DNA of 64,000 nt from Octopus sinensis. Lineage: Eukaryota. This document shows positions 1 through 14,161 of the stretch, in pieces (position 1 is the first letter of the stretch; each line of letters starts with the position of its first letter). The position numbers and the translations under genes are program-made. The notes beneath the pieces were generated by a model. The model did no database searches. It was not told where the DNA came from and saw only the letters and a program-made list of their open reading frames with translations. The stretch lies in assembly GCF_006345805.1 (NCBI RefSeq), contig NC_042998.1, forward strand, positions 157,170,001 through 157,234,000. Reading direction: 5' to 3'.

Positions 1-35
<35 letters not shown>

Positions 36-299
36 ATATGTATGTACATATATATATATATAAGTAAACATAACAATAAAAAGTTTTGGCCAAGTGAGCA
101 ATCAATATCACATTTGGCCTTTTGGTAGCATAAACGGCAGAGAAGATTTGTAAAAAGAAAGCATCTTATTGTATGGAAATGTCAAGTCAGATCGTTGCGG
201 TCAACGTCATTGTTAACCGATCGTCAAAGGTATGTAATAGACTTAATTCAAACTCAAAGCTAAAGCATGATGCAACTGAAGTAAGTATATTTGTTGGAG

Positions 300-1667
300 A
301 TTGCTGGAGACGAATAAATTTTTAAAAAGCAAATTAATCACCAAGAAGAAAGAATATAAAATTGCTTTCAGTGGCAACGATATCAATAACCGAATTAACG
401 ACATTTTTTTTAGCTTTCAGTTCTATGTATTCAATTACCTGTGTTTCTATAGATTATCTTTTCATTGAACATAAACCTTAAAATGAGTAACAAACCCTTT
501 GAAACAACTACTTTAATGGTCACATCACATGTCACAGCAGTAAGTTAAATATAGCAAATCAATTAAAATAAATTATGAAACAGTTTTCCAAAATCACTTA
601 TAAAAATAATCATTACAAAGAAAGCATCTTCTATATCGAACACGAAGTTCTCACCTTCCTTCAGACACCAAAAGAGCATTCCACAAACTCAGAGACGTCG
701 ATAAATATATATAGTAAAGTAATTACCGGTTCAAATACATCTTCAACTAGTTCTACTAATATTTTTTAACAGATTCAGGTAACTTAGTGCAATGAAAACC
801 TATCCGAAACAGTATTACACAATTCAATCGGCCATGTATACTACCCCTGAAAATACTGATAGGACATGTCTTTGATATCACCGGCCCACATATTCCCTTA
901 TCCATAGTACATTTCTCACAAAGTTGACTCTCATTCATGGCGGCTTCAACAAAAAACAAAACACTGCGCGTACATTTCTAACTAGTATTATTTATCGACT
1001 CCAGAAAGGTGAAGAGAACGACTATGATGAGATCCGCAATAAGAATGTAACGAACTGTCCCACAGGGATATAGTTCGGCGCTCAATGGATTTGCCATTCA
1101 ATAACGCCCTTCAACATACAATAATATAGATTTCTTTTAATAAGTGTACGTAGCTACATGTACGGTGTTTAGTTAATTTATTGACATTAGTGTATTGCTG
1201 TTCCTTATTTTATCGAGGCTGCAGAAATGATGCACCAAATTGACCTCAGTAGAATTTGAACTCAGAACATAGAAAGCCACGATTAGAAAAATCACCATGA
1301 ATCAGTTATTATAATGCTTCAATGTCTTAAAATTTGTCCGAATTTTGCAGAGAAGGTTTATAGAAAGTCGAAGTAACCCTGATGCCTTACAGATAATTAT
1401 TTTATCGACTTCCTGGATAACATTTGAAATTGATGACAGTGAATGTTTAAATCTAAACTTAAAGGATGACATAAAATATTTTGTTTCTGCCAACTATATT
1501 ACACTGTATACCTGTACAATAATACTGGTTTCTTGGTGTCTGGAGTCTTGGCATAAATACTCTCTATTTGCGCGAGAGAAAGAATAGAAAAGAAAAAAAA
1601 TCCAGATCTGTTTCAAGAGCATAACGGAAAAGAATTAATGCTACCCGGGCATCGCAATACTTGCTAG
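300..1667 (+). mobile_element. Highly decayed Helitron remnant (traces of PIF1-like helicase plus 3' terminus)
   Basis: 3' end at 1641-1668 reads ctacccgggcatcgcaatacttgCTAGt, a degenerate GC hairpin followed by CTAG|T. Upstream are only faint, frameshifted helicase-like traces (near 360-390, 1090-1110 and 1144-1167). Confidence 0.35.
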
Positions 1668-3586
1668 TCAATGAGTTTGGAATTCATTCTAAGCAATCTC
1701 CCGAGATATGTACACTATTCCTTTTAACTTCTTTAACTGGCACACACGGGATATAGTTCACAGAAAAAATATGTAATAGTATGGCATTCATGACTTGCTT
1801 AAAACTGCGAGAATGGCGTAAGTTTTGTCAGCAGAGAATCGAAACCGATTGGCAGTCTCAAATCTTGTTCTATGGCAGTCTAACATTTTGCTTTACGATA
1901 TTTGGCTACATAAACACGAATATTGTAGACTTGTGTAGTTGTGGAAATATATTGCAAGCTGGTTGTTATATTTTTGGATCTAAGCCGAACAGAGCAAGTT
2001 TTGTTTAATTGGCAGTTAATATTGATCTGACAGCATTGCCTAATCTCTCCACATATTAACTTTGTGAAGTAGATAATAATTATGTCTGTTTGGATACTAT
2101 TTGCTTTCTTGCTTTTACTTTTATTAAAGTGAACAGCTTATAATTTCGTTATGTACGTATGTATGATGCTTATGTGTGTGTTTTTAGCAAACGCCACAAC
2201 CACCTCCACTACAACCAACACTATCACTACCACCATCGCTACCACCACCATCAGGACACACACACACACACATACACACACATACATAGTGAAAGAGGGA
2301 GAAAGAAAGAGAGTAAATGGGTAGTTGTGAAATAAAAATCAATCTATGCGATAGGAAGACTAACTCATGTTATTTAATTTTTTAAAAAAGTGAATATGAC
2401 AATAAAAATTGAACCACCTATAAATGAATAGTATCCAGAATTTTAAAACACTATTTTACCACGACTGAAGGTGTGAAAATATTTTTTTTAAAAGCTGATA
2501 TTTATGTTTATTTGTAAATTAGAGAACTGGGGGGAAATGGCAATTTTGATATTAGTATGTGGATAGTAAGTCTAAATTTGAGGCCGCATCTTGGCAAACA
2601 TTTCATCTTTCGAAATATTTGTGAAGATGCAAAATTAGCATATTATAAACCGCTGCTCAACTATCTGGCATATTAACATTAAGGAATTTTCTTTTAATAT
2701 CCTGAGAACATTACCATTTTTACGAAGTTCAGCCAAACAGCGTATACCCCCATGAAATATCGCCATCCTACACTCACAAACATAGCAGCATTGTATATTC
2801 AGAAAGTTAGCTGCAACATATGCTCTCAAACATATTCACGTTAGCCTCATCACACGGGGATATAACAAACCTATGAACAGTAGGGAGGAATAAATTCTAA
2901 TCGAATCTAACTCTGCTGGGGGCTCCAGCAGGACTTCTACATAGCTCTCATCCTGCTTCAGACATTTGACAATTTTCCTTTTTTCCCCAACAGTTTTTAT
3001 AAATGGCCATGTTACATGTGGCCCTGCATTATGTGCATTAAAGAAGAAGCTTAGCCGTAGATGTGCTCGATCGGGGCTGGTCTGTGACTAAGCAACCACA
3101 AGAACAGCAACTAGTATACAAAAATAGATTGGAAATGGAGAAAACAGATGTCCTTACAGCCATACTTTATTGTAAGCATAGCACTTCGAGGTGTGCAGTT
3201 AAGGTTTGTTTGAGATATTAGCCTGTGGACAAGCAAAGAAGGATATACTACATACTGTATCCTACACATCTCCAAAAGACAGGTTGGTTGCAACTGAAAT
3301 GCATTTACTTATAGGTTTGCAGGATTAAGTTTGATCTGGAAACAAATATGAGCTAAGGAGGGAAACATCAACGTGGTTACTTTATCTTCAATAAAAAGCA
3401 ACCAAATTCCGCTCAAAATAGAAAAAGTGTAGTTCGGGCTACATTGTCTTAAAATAAGATGGACTGATTATGGCTGAAATACATTAACAAGCCAGTTAAT
3501 GAGGATATTAGAAAAATAACGTGGTGAAGAATAATCGAAAGAAAGCAAATATAAACATATGCACGTTTAATATCTTCGCAAAAACT

Positions 3587-3790
3587 AAGGAGGCGAGCTG
3601 GCGGAATTGTTAGCGCCCAGGAAAATTTCAAACCGGCATTCCGTTCGTCTTCACGTTCTGAGTTCAAATTCTTCCGATCTCGACTCCACTTTTCGAGTGG
3701 ATAAAATAAATATAAGTTGATCACTTGGGTTGATGTAAACGACTAACCCCACCCTGGAATTGCTGACTTTGTTCCAAAATTTAAAACCAA
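3587..3790 (+). mobile_element. tRNA-derived SINE, family B (head aaggcggcgagctggc), diverged
   Basis: Head aaggaggcgagctggcggaattgttagc, B-box-like gttctgagttcaaattc and tail matching the copies at 33497-34597 and 47700-48052. Confidence 0.8.
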
Positions 3791-4252
3791 TATATTGCAA
3801 TATTTCAGATAATGAGACTCTATTAAGGAAAGTTAGAAGTGCTAAACGAAAGCGAAATCAGTGAAAGAATCTTTATTTCAGTACCAGGGCATTTTGCATT
3901 GATTACATTAAAAGAGTTTCTAGAATTTAGTATCTATTTTGACGACGTACAGTGGTCATGTGTACACGCGTAAAAGTAAAATTACAATATGTTGCAAAAC
4001 ATATGGAGTTTATTAATTCGGTAAGTAGATCCGTCATGCTGCAGTAATAATTAAAAAATTCCAGTTATAACATGAACACGTGTTATGCAAGTTGAGCAGA
4101 ACTAATTGATAATAAATGATGGTTATTCTCTGAGGTACAGATTTAGTGCACTATACATCATGAAACAATATAATTAGATTTGAAATACGAAAACGGCAAG
4201 GATAATTTTGTAAACTGTTGAATTATTCTAAAACGCTGTTAATGTAAACGGA

Positions 4253-4273
4253 GTGTGTGTGTGTGTGAAAAAG

Positions 4274-4304
<31 letters not shown>

Positions 4305-4352
4305 GAGAGAAAGAGAGAGAAAGAGAGAGAAAGAGAGAGAAAGAGAGAGAAA

Positions 4353-4403
<51 letters not shown>

Positions 4404-4420
4404 AGGAATGCTGTTACGTT
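4253..4420. repeat. (GT)n/(GA)n compound microsatellite
   Basis: Seen directly; explains the spurious ER-rich ORFs. Confidence 0.95.
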
Positions 4421-4483
4421 CTGAGTACCAACACTTGTCTGTATTCTGAAATGACTCTATCTATCTATCTATCTATCTATCTA

Positions 4484-7400
4484 CAAGCACCGAGGATGTA
4501 GAAGAGACAATCACCACCAAGCACCGAGGATGTAGAAGAGACAATCACCACACTAAACCCCCAGCAACACGCCCCGCACACCACAACAATATCTACAACC
4601 GCACAAACAGACCCAGATGCTTTGCCCTTACCCCCTTCTGATTCGTCAGACTTTTCATCTAACCATGAAAGTTCGACAGAATGGCAAATAGCCACCGGGG
4701 GTAAAAGAAAAAGAAAGAAAAAAACAAACAAGAAAATGCAACCAAAGCAGGGAGATATCTGAACCTGAAAGCTCCTTACACAACCAAACATGCACCAACA
4801 CCACAAAAACACACACAATGCTATCAGCGATAGACACCAAAGACTCAAAACTAATGGGGTACATCACAGCCCACACAAACATCTGTGAAGATGACTTCAA
4901 AGCTAACAACCATCCACGCACTACACCACCCAAACACATCACACAAACACAACACCACACACTCAAAGCCCTCTTTCCAAATGCGGTTGGGGGGTTCCAA
5001 AAATATCTCTCGAAAAAACTGTACAAAAACCTCCTCCAAAACACATCAAAGAACGAGGAAGCCAAAACTTTCGACACAAGTAAGTAACTCTCTGTACCTT
5101 CCTTTTTGTGTTTTAAAGCACACACCCCAATAGAATCATGGTCAAGATTGGTTGTGTGAATGCGCGTGGCTTGGGGTCTCCTTGGAAACAAGGATACCTC
5201 CTAAATGACATCAAGTCACACGATTTGGGAATCATAGCCATAAGTGAGACCAGACTCCACGAGTCACGGGCCCTAAAGTCCATGTTTGGCGGACAGTTTA
5301 ACATTTATTTTTCTCCCTGTCTGCCGAGGATGGGCGGTAGTGGCACCGCGGTACTTTTTCACAAGAGCCTGGATCTCGAAGTCAAGACGATATTCGTAGA
5401 CCCGGAAGGTAGACTGGTCGTTCTGGATGTCGAGGGCAGCAATGGGTGCGCTTTTCGACTCATATCAGTCTACGCACCGCCTTTAACAGGTCGGCCGGAT
5501 TTCTTTCGACGTCTAGAAGTATTCCTGGGAACGTCACGTCCTTTACTTTTAGTGGGGGATTGGAATGCTACCTTGGACACGCATCTAGACTATGTGGGGA
5601 GAGACAAAAACAGAAGGAGATGCAAATGCCTCAGAGACCTGCTCAGACGATTCCAACTGTCTGACAAGTACCGACTCGACCACCCAAATGCACCAACGTG
5701 GACATGGAGCAACCGCAGTGGGTCGTCGAGATCGTAACTAGATAGGATACTGTGTAGGACAGTAGACAGGGATAACTTAGGATGTCCACAATTCCACACA
5801 GTCAGCTCCACGGATCACAAATTCGTGACGTGTACGCTAGACTTAGATAAGGCACATAGACAGGGTCCCGGTTACTGGAAACTGAACGCATCTTTCCCAT
5901 CCAGACAGATTTTCAGAGACAGAATCAACACGTTAGAAAAAAGGGCTTTAACGGGAGCCATTGTCCACAACAAATGGTGGTTCGCCCTCAAGAGAGCAGT
6001 AAGAGCGGAAGCAATTAAATATAGCAAGGCACTAGCCGTAGATAGAAATAGAGTAGAGGGTGAGTTAGTTAAGAAGTTAGAAGAGGCAATAAGACGTTTT
6101 AGCGGCGAGGTTGGCCCTTGACCAACACTTCAACGCCAAACACGAAGGGTGTGCTGTCAGGGCTAGGATACGTGCTCTAAGGATGGAAGGTGTTGGAGCC
6201 GCGAGGGAGGCCCGGGTGGCGGAGGCGCAGCAGGGCAACAAAGCCACCATTCGGTCTCTGGTAGATGAACAAGGGCGCGAATTGCTCGAGCTCAGCAAGA
6301 TGTGCGAGGCATTTCAGCGGCACTTTGCCCGACTGTACGGGACGAGTGGCGAGCGTGAACGCAGGGTGGACTTCAGTGCCTACCTGCACAGCCTACCACG
6401 ACTCTCGGCAAGAGAGGCAGAGTGCTGCGAAGGTGCCATCACGGCGGCGGATGTGCGGGACGCAATGGTAGAATGCTCGAGAGACAAATCGCCGGGTTTG
6501 GATGGTCTGCCCTACGAGTTTTACAATTGTATGCCAGACTTGTTTGGAGACGTCTTGGCAGCGGTATACTGCAACTGGCAGCAAAACGGGAGCATACCCG
6601 GTTTTGTGAGTCGAGGAGCCGTAACGCTGCTGAAGAAAGATCCAAACAAGGGGGACATTATAGATAACTTTAGGCCAATCACTCTGCTCAATGCAGACCT
6701 GAAAATTTTGACCAAGGTGTTAGCCAAGAGGTTGGCGCTTGTCATCGAGAAACTGGTCGACAAGGCACAAACGTGCGCCGTGCCGGGCCGGAGCATCCAT
6801 GACAACCCCCATCTGATGCGCTACATCATAGACAGAGTAGTTAAGGAACCTGGCATGGGTGGGGCCCTGATCAATTTGGATCAATCGAAAGCCTTCGATA
6901 AGGTAGACCATCGATACTTGGAGGCAGTCATGAGAGCGGCTGGTTTCGGTCCCGTCTTCCGCGGCTGGATAGCTGCCTTGTACAGAGGCATCCGTTCGGT
7001 AATTCGCGTAAATGGACATCTATCGAGACCTTTCAACATTGCACGTTCGGTCCGTCAGGGATGCCCCCTCTCGTCGCTTCTATACGTATTGACTCTCGAG
7101 CCACTATTGCGGAAGCTGGTGACTCTGAGGGGCATCTCGTGAGAATTGGGATGCGGGACGAGCGTGTCTGCATATGTGGACGACGTCACCGTCATAGTGT
7201 CAAGCCACAGGCACATCGAGCTGGTCGGCGAGACGCTGAAAGACTACGAAGCGGTGACAGGAGCAAAAATTAATCGGGAAAAGTCAGTGGGCTTGCGGCT
7301 CGGCACCTGGAGAAGCAAGCCCATGCCGTCCACTAGTACCTCCGTCGTGGGACGCTGGACGGACGGCCTGGTTGAGTTGCTCGGGGTCTGGTTCGGTCCG

Positions 7401-8908
7401 GACCTCCAAATGGAGAAGAACTGGAACGAGATAACGAGCAGGGTGGTCACTCTCGCCCGGCAATGGGCCGAAAGAAAACTGTCCCTAAAAGGTCGGGCAG
7501 AGGTGGCGAACACGTACATCGCGTCCATCATCTACTACCGCCTGACCGTCGTACCTTGTCCCGACCCTACCATCACCAAACTAGAACGCATTCTCTTCCG
7601 CTTCTTGTGGAAAGGATGCGTCTCGATGGTCAGGCGATCCATTTGCTGTCAACACCCGTTAAAAGGAGGGCTGGGCATGCCGTGGTTGATGATGCGCAGA
7701 CACGCGCTGAGACTGCGACATCTCCGGCTCTATGTAGACGACGGTGAACAGGTGCGGTCGCCGTTTGTGAGGCACGCATTCCCGCAGCTCGTCTCCATGA
7801 CCGAACTGCAGTCGTGGATCAAAAAGAGGCCGAGGGAGGGCGAATGGCACCGCGAGTGTCACGTTGCTCTCAAGCAACTCTGCCGTCCCGGGTCGACCTT
7901 GAGTGACTTCATCACAACCAAAGCATTCTATAGGGGATTAGTGGAGGGGAGGTACGACGACGATCTTGGGGCAAACCTGGGTGTCGACGAGGAATACCTG
8001 ACCCGCCTGTTTGAAACGACTTTCGGGCCGGGATCTATGGACAACTTCCAGAGATCCCTGGCCTGGCAGTGCTACCGAGAAGCGCTACCCGTTCGGGATA
8101 AGCTCTATAGGCATGGCTCGAGAAACACGGGGCCGACCTGCCCGAGATGCGGGCAGAGCGACGAAACCGTTCTGCACGCAATCGTGCAGTGTCCAACAAT
8201 CTCCGACCTGTGGGCATATGTCGAACGACTGCCTTCACATGTGGGACGTGTCGGTTTATCAGCCGAGTCTATCGTTAATGTCGTCTCGCCTCCTTCCTTC
8301 AAACGGGAAGGAAGAGCTATTTTTATCATACTTGTGGTTATGGCGAAAGAATGTATCTGGTGGACGCGCCTAAAAGGATTAGAGACAAACACTTTCCTCT
8401 CTGGTCAATCTCTCATCAACTTCTTCAAGTATCACTTGAAGAGGAAAATGAGAATAGAGAGGCAAGTTTTGTCTAGTGAATGTTTTAAAAAAAGATGGGT
8501 GAATGTAGCAAGGATAGCACGTATGAATGACGAAGCCACCTTGACTATGATCCTATGAACCATAAAAATTAATACAGAGAGTTGCTTATTTGTAAAAAAA
8601 AATATAACATGTGACTTCATTGACCTTGGTTACCGTGGTCTTTTCCGTAGGCTTTTCTTTCCACGGGTAAACCTCACTTGTCCTCCCCTTTACACTCTAT
8701 ATTGACATTTCTGTGATAACGATCCCTATTGATCGATTTTTTCCTTTTCCTTTTATTTTCTATCCCACCCCCTTTTTTTGTCCTCTTTTTTTCCTTTTAC
8801 GATCCCTTTTGATCGAAAACCAAACCCCCTTTTTTACCCCCAAAAGAAAAGCTCTACCTTGTAATTTGTCCTGTCTGTGTGCAGCCCTGTGTGGCTAATA
8901 AAGAAACA
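4484..8908 (+). mobile_element. Tx1-clade non-LTR retrotransposon, copy A (5'-truncated in ORF1), flanked by (TATC)n on both sides
   Basis: ORF1 C-terminal remnant (Lys-rich GGKRKRKKK, plus ORF 4818-5087), ORF2 5138-8558, a 3' UTR and AATAAA at 8897-8902. TATC tracts at 4456-4483 and 8909-9008. Confidence 0.92.
5138..8558 (+). pseudogene. Tx1 ORF2 (APE endonuclease, reverse transcriptase, CCHC finger), disrupted
   Basis: Endonuclease motifs CVNARG, ISET, GDWN; RT motifs KSPGLDG, FRPITLLN, DQSKAFD, QGCPLS, YVDD; CPRC..H..C. Lesions: TAA at 5735-5737 (Tyr in the intact relative's SRSYLDR), a frameshifting deletion near 6095, and TGA at 7140-7142. Confidence 0.93.
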
Positions 8909-9009
<101 letters not shown>

Positions 9010-10191
9010 GGCAGAACACCTGTAGTGCAAACAGATGTGGATTATTGCATAAAGAATTAAACAATTTTAAATGTACTAAATTCAGGGATTACACACAGAG
9101 CAGCGAGAACCCAACAAAAACATATCTATTCATTCGTAATAAATCGAGCAGTTTCGAACATGAATATCTGATCGCATCATCGGCGTACATCTCCTCTCTT
9201 TAGACAATGTGTTCTCATAACACAGCAATTCACCGGTGTAATGGGTCGTTGAGACGCCCTAGTGCTTCAACCTCGTTGTGTGTCAAAGTTACCTCGCCGG
9301 AACGATAAATCAGGCAAGAGGATGAGCTCTTGTTTATAAGAATGAGCTAACAAATTATTTTGTTGATGCGTTCAGAACTTTCCAAAAATGTCACAAATCT
9401 AGCAGCTACAGACATGATATAGTGGTCCAAATACTACACAACGAAATTCGTAGAAAATATAGTTATTAAGTTCAAAATATAAGAAGTTAAAGTGAAGTGG
9501 AGAGCATATTCGCTCCGAGTATGGAAGAGTTCTGGTGTAATGTGTTTACAATAATTCAAACGTATATAATAATATATATATATATATGTTAAGAAGATAG
9601 ACTGGACATTATGATTTCGAGCAGAACAAAAAGAGAGTAATAAATAAAGGTCTAGTAAATAAATGTTAAGAGAAAAAGAAACATTTACGTTAAACTAATA
9701 AGAAATCTACAAATACTACACTATGACTACTTACTGTTGTAATTATGAAGGCAGTTGATTATGCAATTAATGTGTGTTCATAACACACGCGATTCACCAG
9801 TGTAAGGGGCCTTTGACACGCTCTGGTATTTCGACATCTTTGTGTGTCTCTTGGGTCAAAGCTACCTGACCGGAACGATCAATCTGACAACGGGCCGAAT
9901 TCTTGTTTATAGGAACAACATCCTTGAGAAGCTATGATTCACAAACCATCGTTCAACAGAAAGTTGCTATTGCCATGGTTAGATAAAACATTTCACTAGT
10001 TTAGCTCTTGCATGTGCACATTCATATGCATACATTATATAAAAATAGGTACTCATACCTAAGTCATACAGATTTACTCACGCAATGACAAAAATATGCA
10101 CATACAAGTACGTTAGGAGGTTGGTGACAAGGTCTCCTCTTGTACGCCGCACGGTCGCATCCTACCCCTGCATGCATACATACATAGATAC

Positions 10192-13100
10192 ATGATCGCT
10201 GCCCCCTCGTTATCGAGTATGGCCATTGCACGAAGCTTAACTGTTATTGGTGCTGTGATCGAATGTGACTTTTTAGCCCAGCTAAAGATCTACAATGTCT
10301 TGAACAGAATTGGCAATAGCCGGTTGTAGTTGTAACTGGGCTTCATGTACCTTTGCATGTCGTTTAAGTCCTCCTACCGAATTACACTCTCTTCCACATG
10401 CATGACAGATATGATTAGTATGGTGTGTAACACCACCACCAGTGGCCAGGTTGTCACTCATCTGTCTTGTTTTATGACTACGAAGATGACTCTTCAGTCC
10501 AGCTTTACTGAGGCAGGGTCTTACACTGACACTGCATGTCAGCATCATAGGAAGGCCCTTCCTATCCGGAAGCGATGCCCTTCCTGACATCCCCCCTTAC
10601 TTTCTCATGCGCGACTCGAGATTTCTCAAAAGTAGCTATCCCCTCGTGCACAATCCTTCTCCACCTGCTACGATCAATAGCTATGCCTTCCCATGTGTCA
10701 GGAGAGATGCAAGCATCTCTTAAGGAAGCCTTCAGCAAGTCCTTATACCTCTTTTTTGGTTTATGTGGAGGTCGTTCTCCTTTAGCTAACACTCCGTAAA
10801 AGAGTTGTTTTGGCATCCTTGAATCCTTCATCCTGACCAGATGACCACTCCATCTGAACCTTTGCTTTAACACAAGAGCTTCCATACTTTCCAATATTTC
10901 AAGATCACTGATGCGGTCCTCCCACTTAATGCCAGAGATCCGATTGAGACACATCTGATGGAAACGTTCCAGTTGTTTAAGGTGGTATCGATATGTGACC
11001 CACGTCTCGCAGACATAGAGAAGAGAAGGGAGCACACATGCCTTGTACACCTTTATCTTTGTCTTTCTGCATATGTCTCGCCGACTCCAGAGGCGCCTTT
11101 CTAGCCTTCCAGGTAGACAAACTGATCAACTACATCAAGTCGTTTACCATACATATAGATATTTGGTACACTATACTGCTTACCAGGGGGAGGTTGGTAC
11201 ATGACAACAGTTTTCTTGAGATTGACTGTCAATCCGAAGGCAGTGCAAGCATCAGAGAATGCATTCAAAATGTGTTGCATATCAATCTCTGTGTGCGCTA
11301 CTAGATCACAATCATCAGCATACAAAAGGTCTCTTATGATAGAGGTAAATACCTTTGCTTTTGCAGCAAAGCGCCTGATATTAAATATGCTGCCAGAGGT
11401 TCGATAATGGATGTAAACACCATATCTGCAGTTTCTGAATGCAATACAGAAAACTATCGCAAAATATATGGCAAATAGGGTCGGTGCCAGAATATCCCCC
11501 TGTTTCACTCCATTTTGTATTGAAATGGACTCCGACGTTTTCTCTCTAACATTAACCCTAACCAAAGCAAGGAACTTTTCAGAACACCCAAGTTTCTGGA
11601 GGACTTTCCACAATGCATTTTATTAACGGTATCAAAGGCTTTTATCAGATCGACAAAAACCTGATACAAATCCAGACCCTGTTCCACACACTTCTCCTGA
11701 AGCTGTCTAGCTGAAAAGATCATATCAGCAGTGCCACGTCCCACACGAAAGCCAGATTGAGTTTCTGGAAGAACACATGCTGCAACGCTTTTCCGCAGAC
11801 GATCCAGAAGTACCCTGCATAAAATCTTTCCTACGAGAGAAAGCAATGATATTCCCTTATAGTTACCACAATCGCTCCTGTTGCCCTTTCCCTTATACAA
11901 GACCACCATTACTGTATCTCTCCAGTCCTCAGGTACAGATTCACTAGCCCATATCTTACCAAACAAAGAGTGAAGTTGCTGCAGAATCTTCTCACCACCA
12001 TGCTGTAACAACTCCGCATGTATGCCATCCATACCTGGAGATTTCTCATTATTCATCCTTGAGAGCCACTGCAACTTCTTCCAACTTTGGTGGTTCTGCG
12101 AATGCTGCCTTCACGGGTAATCCAGGTATGAGATTGAGAACATCCTCACTAACTACAGACTGTTGATTCAAAAGTTCATCAAAGTGTTCATTCTACCTTC
12201 GCAGAATTCCTTGTGAATCAAGAAGTTCTTTACCATCCCTGCTTCGAATTGGTGTCATCAGAGAAGATGTCGGTCGATAAACTTCTCGCAAAAGACCATA
12301 CAACAGTTTTGTGTTATTGGAGTCCGACGCCACCTATATCTCATCAGCCTTCTTACTCCACCACGTATCCCTCATCTGAGAGAGCCTTTGCCTCACACGT
12401 GATTTTACATCCTTGAGTTTCCTATGCAACACTTTTTTACATCCTTTTACGTCCTTGAGTTTCCTATGCAACACTTCCCTTTCCTGTGGCTTTGCTGACA
12501 AATAGCGTGACAAAGTACGTCTTTTATCATCTATACGTTCATCATTTTCTTTAAACCAGTGTTGATGCTATCTTTGTATGAAACCCAAAACTTTCTTGCC
12601 TATATCATAAGCTGACTTTTTAAGAGTCGGCCAATCCTCCCCACTATCTGCAGCATTCATTTCCTCTCGTAAAGTTCTCTTCACACTATTACACCTAAGA
12701 CGATCAACATTCAGTCTTTTAGGCAGGGTAATCACTGCAGCCCGGATTTTATATTTTGTGACTAATTTCACTTTTGCACATACTAGGCGGTGGTCAGTCC
12801 AACACTCAGCTCCACGAAGAACACAAACACACTGCACATCTGGTCTGTCACACACCCTAACAGGGATGTAGTCCAGAATATGCCATTCTTTAGATGCAGG
12901 GTGCATCCATGTGGTCTTAAACTTATTCTTTTGCTGAAATATGGTATTGGTAACACACAAATGCAGCTCCTCACACATCTGCAGCAAAAGCATGCCATTA
13001 CTATTACAGTTTCCCACCCCATGCTTTCCAATTACAGCCCATGTGTTAAAATCCCTACCCACACTAGCATTAAAGTCACCCAGTACGATGAATTTGTCGG

Positions 13101-13365
13101 CCCGAGAGATATTTCTTATAATGCCCTTCAAAGCATGGTAAAAAGAAATTTTTTCGTCATCAGTATAGTACATAGTTGGAGCATACGCACTCACCAAGGT
13201 CGCATAATTTCCTTTAACCAAAGGAATTCTCATGGACATAAGACGCTCGTTAATTCCGACTGGGAATTCTTCCAACTTGTCCACAAGAGTAGTCTTAACA
13301 GCAAATGCCACTCCAGCTTCTCCTCTAAACTCTTAATTCATCCCTTTCCAAAAGAATGTATGTAT
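10192..13365 (-). mobile_element. RTE-clade LINE, 5'-truncated within the endonuclease, frameshifted
   Basis: Endonuclease ORF 12568-13311 (SAYAPT, GDFNA, WMHP, CWTDH). RT ORFs 11101-12074 (KSPGMDG, QSGFRVGRGT, QGDILAPTLF, YADD). C-terminal ORFs 10282-11050 (RWSGHLVRM, KRYKD, C2H2 fingers). RTE-type 3' UTR followed by an (ATGT)-like tail. Confidence 0.92.
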
Positions 13366-14114
13366 ACATACATTCTTTAGATACATACATACATACATAC
13401 ATACATACATACATACATACATACATACATACATACATACATACATACATACGCAGTTATACTTACCAGATACTGAAATTCCAATGAGAAGTTATTTCTC
13501 TACTAAAGAGGAATTTAAAAAAAACCAAATCTGAAGAATAAGTATACTTAAGAAAAAACACTCACGTTAATTACTTCGCTATAGGGTTGTGTTAACTTGT
13601 TTCATGTAATGAACACTACAACCTAAACGTTTGTCATTAATACAAGCTTGGTAAAAAGTATTTATCTTTGGATAAATGGAAAGGAAATTCTTGTTGATAG
13701 AAGAACGTTGCAATAACATGATGCAAAATTTAACTGATAAACAAACCATGAACTACACACGTCATTGTTAAACAGGAAACCGAGTTCAGCTATCGCATTT
13801 AGAGGAACTAGAAAGGAAAACGTCTTTTGGATTTTTCACTTGATGCAGAACATTTGTACCAATTTAAAATATGGGATAAGGAAGGTTTCTTAAGGATGAA
13901 GAGTTTCTAGAATGTTTTAATCGAAAATAATAGCATCAACACACCACTTGGTTCTGCCCTGGAGAAAATCAGTATAAACATTGACCACAATCAAAATATA
14001 AATAATGACACAACCATACGGTAGCTGCTTACGAAGTAATAAATTGGTGTAGGATTTAAAAAACTTAAAATACAGATCACAAGTTCTGGAACACACACAC
14101 ATACACACACGCAC

Positions 14115-14156
<42 letters not shown>

Positions 14157-14161
14157 TCTGC

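Noticed and set aside
4484-4551. Short direct repeats here, at 38737-38797 and at 63644-63673 as possible CRISPR-like arrays
   Set aside because: Only two units each, no unique spacer series, eukaryotic context and no cas genes.
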